Shown one piece after another: positions 1 through 9,465 of a stretch of 64,000 nt of DNA (positions are counted from its first letter, which is position 1; each line of letters starts with the position of its first letter). The stretch is from Haplodiscus bocki (lineage: Eukaryota). A program made the position numbers and the translations under genes. The DNA is taken from contig OZ296651.1 of the NCBI GenBank assembly GCA_965655095.1, forward strand, positions 87,544,001 to 87,608,000, given 5' to 3'. The notes under the pieces are model-generated. The model was given only the letters and a program-made list of their open reading frames with translations, ran no database searches and was not told where the DNA came from.

Positions 1-1096
1 TGGGTTGTGAAAAATTTTATCCATACTGCTGCTGCATTGTAATCGTGGTTTTCCAAAAACTACAGAAGTTTTTAAACTTTGGAGCCATCTCGATTTTCAA
101 AGTCGTTCTTCTCCAAAAAGATGACTCGAGTTTTTCTCTTCAAGTTCTCAACCTAAAGTTTTCTACTTTTGTAGGAAGATGGGATTAAGAATCATTGTTT
201 TTCGTCTTTGCACTGGAATCTTGAAGGACCAAAATTTCCAGAAAATGCTGTTAGTCTTGAAATGCTTCGGTATTCAAACTCATATCTTTGAGCCATACTT
301 GCTTTATTTTTCCCTCAAAATATCAATTGATAGCTTTTTACTTGAGGCGGAATATCCGTTCCTGACTATCAGAGATATAGTATTCTACTTCCCAATTGGA
401 ATCCTAATTGACCAAATTTGGCAATATGCTATTAGTTTTGAGTTATCTCAATATTCCAACTTTTTCTTCTCAAAAACTACACTTCTGAAATTACTATCAA
501 TTTCTGAATTGACGGTGATATAGTTCCAAATGTTTATCAGATGGATTATATAGTGATTTTGTGCCTTACATTGGAATATTGATAGGTTGAACATGCGAAG
601 ATGTCCAATTAATATTCTTATTTTCTCGATTTTCAACTCATAAATATGTCAAGCTATGGGCTTGAACTCTTCCGCCAAAGTCTCCATCTAGATGTTCTTT
701 TGTCAATATTGGGTCTTTTATAAAGGTGACCTGTTGTATGGTCAATCACTTTTCTTATACACCACATTGACGGAGAATATCGCACTGCGACTGCGCCTCT
801 TCTTATTCTTCATTCCTTGCAAAGTGGAAACGCTATCCAAATCTTCAAAAACACCGAGCCCGAAGGAAGACACCGTGTGGAAAACGTCTTACAAATCCTC
901 GCGATGGCGATGAAATTTGCTACTCCAAACTCGAGGGCAACAGTGCGTGACAAATTGAACAAATTCAATTTCGACCCATTCGGTCAACCATTTTAATAAC
1001 CTTTTGACGAAAAGCAAAAATGGTCAAAAGAAACCTTTGCCTCGGATGTCTTATAAGGTGTAAGACACAAAGATGCCGCCATATTTTCATATTTGA

Positions 1097-1443
1097 TAAG
1101 GCAAATCGTTGCATACTTCGAAATCATATAAACAATTTATGATTCATAAGAAAACGCCACATTGGAAGACACTTCGGCAGTAAACGTTTTCTAGAATATA
1201 AAGAAAGATGACCGTTGTACAACCATACGGCATTTTCCTGATCAAATTTTTCAATGATCTAAATTGTTTCGACATCCAAAAGCAATCCTTCCCATCGAGT
1301 GTTGTCGGAAATAAAAAATTCGCTAGTTCATCTCGAAGTTGTGAAATAAAAGTCAAGATCAAAGAAGAAATTAAAATCTACAGGCCTTAAGCAAGCTTGG
1401 TGTCTAAAAACACAGTCAAAATTTCCACTTCCAGTAACACCTC
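1097..1443 (+). repeat. 347-bp direct repeat, copy A1 (left flank of Gag-only LTR element)
   Basis: TAAGGCAAATCG...GTAACACCTC recurs at 7180-7526; one substitution seen (aaaaCgcc vs aaaaTgcc). ORF track shows the same ORF pair at 1144/1208 and 7227/7291. Confidence 0.95.
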
Positions 1444-1603
1444 TGTCGCAGTATATCCACGAAGCCTACGAGCATAAAGAAAGGAAAGGACATCCCCGGA
1501 TTGCCTGAAAAATAGAGGAAACTGTATCAATACTTTAGACTTTTCCATTTCCCTTCATATAATAATATTGCAGTAATATTTCATTGCTTTTACAAGTAGT
1601 TGA

Positions 1604-1941
1604 TACGTATCAAATACGTATCACTCTCCAGTATATTTTCATACAAATTCTACGTATATTATACGTAGCACTCCCGTGTACTGAACCAGATTGGGACGCA
1701 AATTTTACGTAACGAACACGTACCCACCTAGCAGCTACTCTAAGCTAGGAATGAATTTTTTGTTACGTACGCGATACGTGGCTACCGATCTGGTGACGTC
1801 ACAAAACTTTAAACCAATCCGCTGTGCTATTAGGCTGCGCCACTTTGGACGAACACGTGGAGTCTACGTGGCCACCAGAATCATTCTCCTCAGTAGCACT
1901 GCGGAAGGCAGTGCTACAAGCGGCTACGTAGTCGCCACGTA
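1604..1941 (+). promoter_or_regulatory. ACGT-core motif cluster in LTR U3, including palindrome GTGACGTCAC (CRE/ATF-type) and a CCAAT box
   Basis: 13 ACGT cores counted in ~340 bp; GTGACGTCAC at 1793-1802 is conserved in the solo LTR at 38397-38406; CCAAT about 12 bp downstream. Confidence 0.55.
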
Positions 1942-2335
1942 GCACCACGGCCAAAGTGTGCCGTAGGCTAGTAAAAATGTGGAACGGACTAGGAAAAAGC
2001 CTAGTTTCGTTCCAAAAGTGGATTAAATCGATGCAGTAGTATTACCAAGCATGTAATTATGACTTTCTGTGATGCTTTTAGTGTATTTTACTTAATTTTA
2101 CTGCATTTTTCATTACTTTCCTCTTATGGAAAATCTTTTTGATTATTTGTTTATGCTATTATTTATTGTGTCGGCGCGGGAATAATCACTTTGATATCCA
2201 TTTCCGACTGATCAGACCCGTAAATTTTCCGTCGAAGATTGGAAAAGACGCGGTCTGTAAAAGAAGAAATGGAGGGAAATGTGTTTATTTCCCGCCAGAG
2301 TCGGCATATTTTCTTTGTAGTTATTATGATTAAAG

Positions 2336-2423
2336 TACTTTTCCCTACTTTGTACCTTTACTTGGCGTGTAAACAATTATGTTTCCCGCCAAGGAAAAGG
2401 TACAAATAGGAGAAACGAAAGTA
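2336..2423 (+). other. Conserved long hairpin in the LTR/leader upstream of gag
   Basis: TTTGTACCTTTACTTGGCG (2349-2367) is complementary to CGCCAAGGAAAAGGTACAAA (2387-2406), with further outer pairing; homologous inverted repeat at 37784-37840 and ~30414-30473. Confidence 0.7.
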
Positions 2424-2585
2424 CCAAGGGGAGATCCTTAATATCACTTTGATTATCAGTTGACTGTACTGATTGCGACTAGTTGTTTTTTTTAAAGAAT
2501 AACATTTTTGTTATAACCTCAAGTTTATTAACAAATACAAAATAATTCAGTCTTCATAACTGCGTAGCATTTTCCCTTCAAAAAG

Positions 2586-4139
2586 ATGGCAACGTTGAGA
2601 AACGAACGAAAGTTGGCAGCCGTTACAAGAGAAACACAAGAAGAAAATCCTAGGAACGGCCAGTCACGAAACACGTCCGTTCCTAGAATTAACGAGGAAT
2701 ATATCACACAAGTTTCTGAAGAGATTGAAAGCAGAGTCACTAAAAAACTGTCCCAGGAGTTCAGCAGGACAGAGTCCCGCATTTTGGGTACTCTGTCTAA
2801 ATTAGACGAATTTCTCTTGAACCAACAGATACGGACGCATTCCGGAACCGTTCCGGGAACATCCCGGAACACAAACGTGGAAAACCAGGGAACGAATGAA
2901 GACGAATCCCAGAGTGATCCTCATCCTGAAGTGGGACCCTCCGTTTGCCAATCCCGTCATTCAATTGACTCAGACACAGGTGAGGCTCATGACACGATGA
3001 CGGGAGTTATAGAACAGGCTTCCAAGGGTCCTCACATGGTGACTGGGGCTACGGAACGCCACGACATATTGACAGGAGTTACAGAAGAAGTTCGCAATGG
3101 CCGTGACATGGTGACAGCAGTTCAAGAAGAGATTCCCTACCGCTCCTCTGGAATTTCCTCAGGAAAACAAAAGAAGGCGCGCTCCACAAGTCAGCCACAA
3201 TTTCGCAGTGAGAACACCCCTGACACAATTGAAGCAGACCAGATTTTGTTGGCCCTTCAGCAATTGGCGACGAGCAGTAATTCTGCCAATGTCGATAACA
3301 ACAGTAACAGAATCTCGAAACTGTCTAAATCCCTCACGACAACAATGCCCACCTTCGACGGGAAATCAGAGAAATTTGAACTGTTTGAAGATCTATTCCA
3401 AACGAGTTTAAAAATCCACAATCAGCTAACAGAAGAAGACAAATTATACTATTTCCACTCTCTCATGCGTGGTGATGCGCTGCAGACGTTCAAAAACATA
3501 AGCAACCCAAACAGAGAGAATTTGGGAGGAATCCTGACTGTGTTCCGTAGAAAATACGTGAAACCCCAGTCAATGGCTACGGCAAAACACAAATTTCAAC
3601 AACTAGTGTTCAATCCAGTGAACCAGAAACTAATTGATTTTTTGGACGAACTCCAGAAATTGGCAAAAGATGCGTTCGGAGTTGCTGCCCAAGCAATCTT
3701 TGACCAATTCGTATATGCCAAAATGCCTCCATACCTGAAGAAATCAATAAACCAGGCCCACTTGGAGAACGGCACGTGTGAACAGATTGTGACACACCTC
3801 GAAGGGGAATTAGAGCTTAACAGTTTGGAATATCCTGATGAAACTCAGATGAACACTGTGACGCACAAACAGCAAATTGAAGGCAACCCAGATAATGCTG
3901 GCAATATCAACAGTGACACAAACGACTCTAACCGCAACAATCACAAAATTGACAAAAAATCTAGAACTCTCTACCCTCCCTGTGAGACATGTGGCGAAAC
4001 GAACCACTCCACGGAGAGATCTTATGTTGGAGCCAATGCAGCAAACAGGCCACTTCCCTGGAAGAACAAACCTCAAGAACAGGACGCACACGACAGTATA
4101 ACTGGTTGTGTCCGAGCTACAGCCCAACATCTTCACTAG
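2586..4139 (+). CDS. gag: Retrotransposon Gag-like protein (517 aa)
   Basis: Uninterrupted ORF; capsid-like segment MPTFDGKSEKFELFEDLF...LMRGDALQTF...LIDFLDELQKLA; degenerate zinc knuckle CETCGETNHSTERS; position in an LTR element. Confidence 0.88.
   Translation: MATLRNERKLAAVTRETQEENPRNGQSRNTSVPRINEEYITQVSEEIESRVTKKLSQEFSRTESRILGTLSKLDEFLLNQQIRTHSGTVPGTSRNTNVENQGTNEDESQSDPHPEVGPSVCQSRHSIDSDTGEAHDTMTGVIEQASKGPHMVTGATERHDILTGVTEEVRNGRDMVTAVQEEIPYRSSGISSGKQKKARSTSQPQFRSENTPDTIEADQILLALQQLATSSNSANVDNNSNRISKLSKSLTTTMPTFDGKSEKFELFEDLFQTSLKIHNQLTEEDKLYYFHSLMRGDALQTFKNISNPNRENLGGILTVFRRKYVKPQSMATAKHKFQQLVFNPVNQKLIDFLDELQKLAKDAFGVAAQAIFDQFVYAKMPPYLKKSINQAHLENGTCEQIVTHLEGELELNSLEYPDETQMNTVTHKQQIEGNPDNAGNINSDTNDSNRNNHKIDKKSRTLYPPCETCGETNHSTERSYVGANAANRPLPWKNKPQEQDAHDSITGCVRATAQHLH
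2984..3122 (+). repeat. Four tandem LTR-end + primer-binding-site-like units inside gag
   Basis: ACA followed by CGATGACGGGAGTT (2995), TGGTGACTGGGGCT (3037), TATTGACAGGAGTT (3067), TGGTGACAGCAGTT (3109); spacing 42/30/42 bp, all in frame; consensus TGGTGACAGGAGT resembles a tRNA-Leu-type PBS. Confidence 0.75.
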
Positions 4140-4893
4140 AAATGCCAAAATTTCACTCCGGAACAGTGACTCACAGACCGGATACCAACAGGAAAATATT
4201 CCACCATTCCCATGTGTTGTCTGGCAGCAACCTTTGGAGATATTTGTGGATAGTTCAAGTTAGCTAATATTCAAAATGACTCTACCGCTGAAACTAATGA
4301 AAACACACATACGCCCCAACTAAAATAGAGAATTGATGTAGATTCACAAACGACGTCATCAAAGGAAACCTCACTTCAAAATGCGGAACCGCTACGGAAC
4401 AATTCCGAGAAAATGAAACCAGTAGCAAACAAGTGCTGTGCCTCAATAACTCCCAGAACTGTCAAAGCGAAATCCAAGAAACGACTAACGGCATCACAGC
4501 TGAAATGTAATGGAGATAACAATATTTCCTTTCTCACAAAACAACTTCACCGCTGTTTGGGAAACGCTTGTGAGAGATGAGGCATGAATGAGCTCTATAT
4601 GCCAGTGTCCTCCATCGTAAATCCTGAAAATTTAGCTGCCTCTGGATTTCGTAAACTATCTAATTACACAACCCATTTGACTAGGAGTATATTAGGCACA
4701 ATACGAGAAGTTTGCCCATAAAGTCTCTATAAAAGAACGGACATATGACGGAATGGATACGGACCATGATTGTAGCTACAAACGGGTCACGAATTGGAAG
4801 CATCAAAACCCTAATTCTACCAACCCCCGCAACACAAACTATGATCTACGTCATCACCTGGATCGGAATTGTAAGGAAACTTACAGACATTGA
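4140..4893 (+). pseudogene. Remnants of pol (start of protease region joined to the extreme Pol C-terminus)
   Basis: Frameshifted LVRDE..NELYMPVSS..LPLDF near 4565-4660, then TNPRNTNYDLRH...YRH* ending 4893; no YxDD or integrase motifs between. Confidence 0.5.
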
Positions 4894-5166
4894 ATTTTTG
4901 AATCTGTCCTAGTATTTTCCACAGAGCGCCTACGTACACTTTCCCAAAATCCTAGGAACGTGTTACGCAACTGATACGGAGCAAATACGTACCTATTCCT
5001 GGAAGCTCCTGACAGTTCTCCTGGAACAAATACGATGTTTTAACTATTAATTCTCAATGGATCTTGGTGATTGCAATAGTGAATTTCTAATATCATTTTC
5101 TGAGGATAATCCTTGTCGACTGACTCATTTTCTACTCATTCTCTCCACATACAAAAGACGGCCCTC

Positions 5167-6590
5167 TCAGACTGCAATTGAACGATATTGTGTGCAACTA
5201 AAACAATACAGGCAATGAATAGTTTGAATGAGGAAAAACTGGGAACAGCCCCAGATAACCCCGGTATGGGCTACATCAAAGACATTACTGCTTCCACCCA
5301 GTAAAAACAAGGAGTGATACGGAGCAATTCCGGAAATTCTACGGAACGTACCACAAAAGTGTCGCAGCTGATCCAGTACTTCATTCAACTCTGCCAACAT
5401 AAATTATACTTCACACACACACTACTGATTGCCCAAACACAAATCCGACGGGAATGCACACTATTCATTAGAAGATTCAGCAACTGAGCCTTTTCTACCA
5501 CACTGACGGAGCGACAAAAGCAAACAATCTAATGCCCAATGGCATGCACGACAGTGGCAGCAGGATTCGGTGACGAATTAATCTAAAAGGCAAAAATGAG
5601 GTGAAATCTTGAACCAATGAGGAACAATACTAGTAAATTCCTCATTCGAACACGATTTTTGCCATCATCAAAAGCCCGCTCCGTTAGCTCCCAACTTCGA
5701 CTACGACTGTGGACAACTTCTGATACGTCAGATTGAAGCCCGCAACTAGCGATACCAGGCGTCTGACCATCAGTCTCTACCCCAGTCGATACGTCATCTC
5801 TTCCGGACTCTAGGAGCAAATTCGGCATGACCTGCAAAAACGAGGATAATAAATCACTGCCCCAAAAACAAATCCACAATGTAGATTAGAGAGAATCTAA
5901 CTCTCAAGAGCAACCGTGAGAGATCTGTTTCTAGAAGCCCCTTTCCGGACATCCTCCTCCGAAGTGGGAGCAACAACTTCAAACTTGGATCACAACCGAG
6001 TCAATCCGAGAGGTCCCGGAGATATCCGGACGAACAAATGGTTGCCCAGAACAATTGTACAATAAAACACAATAGCCTCACGAAGTCATCTTCATGAAGA
6101 GGTGCGCACTGATTACTAGCTTATGGAAAATATGAGTGCACATATCATTCCAGCAAACCAAAAGCTAATGAGGTATGAAGATTTGAAAACTCACATTGCG
6201 GAGGTCGAGCGGTGTCAAAAACACACTCAGACAAAGTCAGTCCCTCCAGTCCTTTTCCCGGAAAATCCCTGAGAAAATGAAACACTGCAACTCAAACCCG
6301 GAGATCGCCAACGCGGGAGCACCAAGAACAACATCGACACCCTCACCTTCGATGTCTGCTCATTCCCCGCATCTTCATCAGTTTCGCCATGATCCACAAC
6401 AACAAGCTATTCCAGAACTTCACCCGGATTCCCGGACTCTCCTTGTCCATATCCACAAGAAATTTTTCTTCAAGGGCACATGGAAGTTGATAGAAATGGC
6501 AAAATGAATTCTGACAGAACCTAAAACTGACACAGCATCTGCTTGGATGAAGTGATCGCCTCATGCAGGATCACGCTTTTTTCAGACATT
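5167..6590 (-). pseudogene. Possible fragmented antisense ORF in the 3' internal region of the LTR element
   Basis: Three co-oriented minus-strand ORF pieces (6343-6564, 5583-5879, 5167-5400) with protein-like composition between the pol end and the PPT; no recognisable domain. Confidence 0.35.
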
Positions 6591-7099
6591 CCTTGGAATA
6601 GCAACACTTGACTATCAATTGATGGGTCTACATGCCTAAATCATTAAGTAATTACTAATTATAAATTTGATGAAATTGTCTGCCAGCAATGACGTCAGGA
6701 TGATATTTCAAGGAACCGTTGAGGAGCAAGTTTAAAAAATTCCTCATTTCAAAACTTTGCTTTCCTTGACTTGTTTACATACTAACACCCTCAGTTTTTA
6801 CTCACTATTACTTAATTTTGTCAAATTTACCATTCAATACGGAAACTACAGAGAAATTCCCAGCTGAAACGAAAACTACGGAGAATCTACGTATGTACTC
6901 CGTCACTTGACAAAGTACTCTTGGTGAATTCGTCAACTCTCATCGGCGAGAATAATTCTTCATTTATGATTGAAATTGGTACCAGCGATTGGTTATCTTG
7001 TGAACTCTGGACAATTGTGATTTCTATGTGCAACAATCGTCGATGAGCAGAGCGCATCGAAAACAGAAAAGAAGAATAACCATGGGAATGTCCTTTCAC

Positions 7100-7181
7100 A
7101 AAGAGGGGGAGTGTCGCAGAATACCCGCGAAGCCTAAGGGCATAAATAAAAAAAGGACATCCCCAGATTGCCTGAAAATTA
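7100..7181 (+). repeat. Polypurine tract plus first ~70 bp of the 3' LTR
   Basis: AAAGAGGGGGAG (7100-7111) directly precedes TGTCGCAG...GCCTGAAAAT, which matches 1444-1514 with about 10 differences in 70 bp. Confidence 0.85.
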
Positions 7182-7526
7182 AGGCAAATCGTTGCATACT
7201 TCGAAATCATATAAACAATTTATGATTCATAAGAAAATGCCACATTGGAAGACACTTCGGCAGTAAACGTTTTCTAGAATATAAAGAAAGATGACCGTTG
7301 TACAACCATACGGCATTTTCCTGATCAAATTTTTCAATGATCTAAATTGTTTCGACATCCAAAAGCAATCCTTCCCATCGAGTGTTGTCGGAAATAAAAA
7401 ATTCGCTAGTTCATCTCGAAGTTGTGAAATAAAAGTCAAGATCAAAGAAGAAATTAAAATCTACAGGCCTTAAGCAAGCTTGGTGTCTAAAAACACAGTC
7501 AAAATTTCCACTTCCAGTAACACCTC
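7180..7526 (+). repeat. 347-bp direct repeat, copy A2
   Basis: Near-identical to 1097-1443; joins the truncated 3' LTR through a TA microhomology. Confidence 0.95.
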
Positions 7527-8609
7527 AGTTATTAGAATAATGTTATAAATTTTGATCCTACAGCGATTGCAAATGCATGCCAGACAGCACAAACAAACTT
7601 TATATGTAACATGGAGGGAGATGCATAAGCGTAGCTCGAGCTTACCACGATTTTATTGACTACTTTTTGAATCCCGTTACAAGTACCACAGAAAAACAGC
7701 GCATGGGCCTGAAAAATACGTGTCCGCATGTACCCCTGCATTTTAATATAAAATTACTAGCGTTTCCAGAAAAACGCAGACATTTTCGCAGAGCCGGCAC
7801 ATTCAAAGTCATGTTCAAGTCTCGTGCATCTATTTTGTTTGCCATCTGCTAGCCATTAGATTTTTCGATGAGACAGATGCCATGTATTTTCATTCAATGA
7901 CCTTGGAAGAGATAACAAACGCGATCAAGCAAAGTAAAAGTACGCCTTCCACAAAAAAAACCAAAGTAACTCTCAGTCATTTTTTCAACAAAACCATATC
8001 GAGTTACTTTCAAAACACCCTAATAGCTGCAAATTGGCAATCTGAAGTAGAAATGCGAGTTTAATAAGCATTCAACTCCTACATATTCAATTATAACACT
8101 TGATTTTTTTGGAAGTTCTTGTCTTTTGGGAAAATTTGAGTCTTCGGTTTCGGTCCACTATTCTGCTTTATTCAAAGCGAAACAGTGCAATATTCCCCTT
8201 TTATCACAATAGTCAATAGGGCAAAAATCAAGGATTGACGACAAAAACTACCAAATTACACCGCTCACTCAAATTTTTATAATCCAAAATGAATCAGGTC
8301 ACGATCAAAGTCGCCCGATGCTATCAAGAACGTTCAATTCACAACGGTTCTTAAAGTAGCCTGCAAAGTCATCTATTTTTTCAGCAAAAATGTGGAAAAT
8401 GCAATCCTTCGAAGACAAAAGTAGTTGACAAAGACAAAAGTAGTAACCAAGCTCTTATGGTTTGTTAGAAAAACCTCATCACTGGAATCTGTTGCGCGCA
8501 ATTTGAAAGTGTGATTTTACTTTTCTATTCAAGTTTAATTGTTGTGATAACCTTGTTAAAAAGCATCGGCTGTTTAAGAAATCTATTCAGATTTACTGTG
8601 AAACAACTG

Positions 8610-9277
8610 ATGACACCGACGCACAACAGCACAACATCTGCGCCAAACCCAGCAAAGAAAGACGATGGCAGCAACCATCTTGTGGAAGGCACTGGCTCTG
8701 GAGTAGACGGGAATGGCTGCAACATCTGGTCAAACGTTTAGGTACGACGTTCATTCCCAAGAACTTCTTCAAAAGACCCTTCGTTTGCAGGTTTTGCGCT
8801 GTTGAGGAGCTGCACAAGATGAAAACTTCTACTCTGGATGAACGGTAGCCAATCATAGAAGCCGAGAGCATCGAGGAGTACGGGCGAAGGAAGAACGTCC
8901 GCATCCTCGGTGAAGAAGAGGAGCCGGATGAAGACGTCTTCGCCAAGCTGATTAGTGTGGCAGGAAAAAGTGGAGTCACAATCACTGCTAATGATGGTAG
9001 TGCTTGTCACCGTCTACCGGGCGGAGGTAAGGGCCCAAAGCTTCTGATTACCAAGTTTGTTCGCCGTGATACTAAGCACCAATTGATGAAGCACAAACAG
9101 AATCTGAAGGAAGCCAATGTATATGTAAATGTTGCCTTGACTCTTCTACGTGGAAATATAACCCACGACCTGAGAGATGAGGATGAAGTTCCCGGTGTTG
9201 TAACTGCAAATAAAAATAACATTGTATTCATGCAAGATGATCAAAAACTGGTATTTGATAATCTTCACAAATTTTGA
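8610..9277 (+). pseudogene. LINE ORF1 (L1-like RRM type)
   Basis: EEYGRRKNVRILG...SACHRL...LITKFVRR...VYVNVALT matches the EQYSRR.N.RI.G / ACHRL / IIVKF / IFINEDLT pattern. Confidence 0.8.
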
Positions 9278-9465
9278 AAGCAGGCTAATGATATAATCTT
9301 TATTACCTGCAATGGTTTGAAAAGTATGCTTCGTGAAACCTTGGCATATCTTATAGGATTTTTAACGCCTAAAGTTTTTTCAGCTACGCTTCTTTATTCA
9401 ACAAAAACTGGGGTGACAATGAAGAAAATAATGGACCTGAAATTAGCTATGAAAGCTTTTCCCAG

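Larger units (their letters stand above)
1444..2994 (+). repeat. 5' LTR (~1551 bp), TGTCG...TGACA, includes gag start codon at 2586
   Basis: Both ends defined by the homologous solo LTR at 37155-38893 (TGTCGCAG...CCACGACA on - strand), whose homology stops at the position matching 2994; PBS-like sequence follows. Confidence 0.8.
1444..7181 (+). mobile_element. Non-autonomous (Gag-only, pol-deleted) Gypsy-like LTR retrotransposon with truncated 3' LTR
   Basis: Starts TGTCGCAG at 1444; a second TGTCGCAG at 7112 follows a polypurine tract; intact gag-like ORF; only protease-start and Pol C-terminal remnants, no RT/RNase H/integrase motifs. Confidence 0.85.

Noticed and set aside
1-1096. Coding remnant at the window start
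   Set aside because: All frames examined are stop-ridden and I recognised no motif.
1144-1390. Duplicated small ORFs (also 7227-7473) as genes
   Set aside because: Short, overlapping on opposite strands, explained by the 347-bp duplication.
2362-2380. TGGCGTGTAAAC as the PBS of element 1
   Set aside because: It is one arm of a hairpin and lies within the solo-LTR homology; LTR end maps to 2994.
1097-7526. Split direct repeats of a DIRS/Ngaro tyrosine-recombinase retroelement
   Set aside because: Order is A-B...B-A rather than A...B-A-B, there is a PPT and TG...CA LTR ends, and no recombinase motif.
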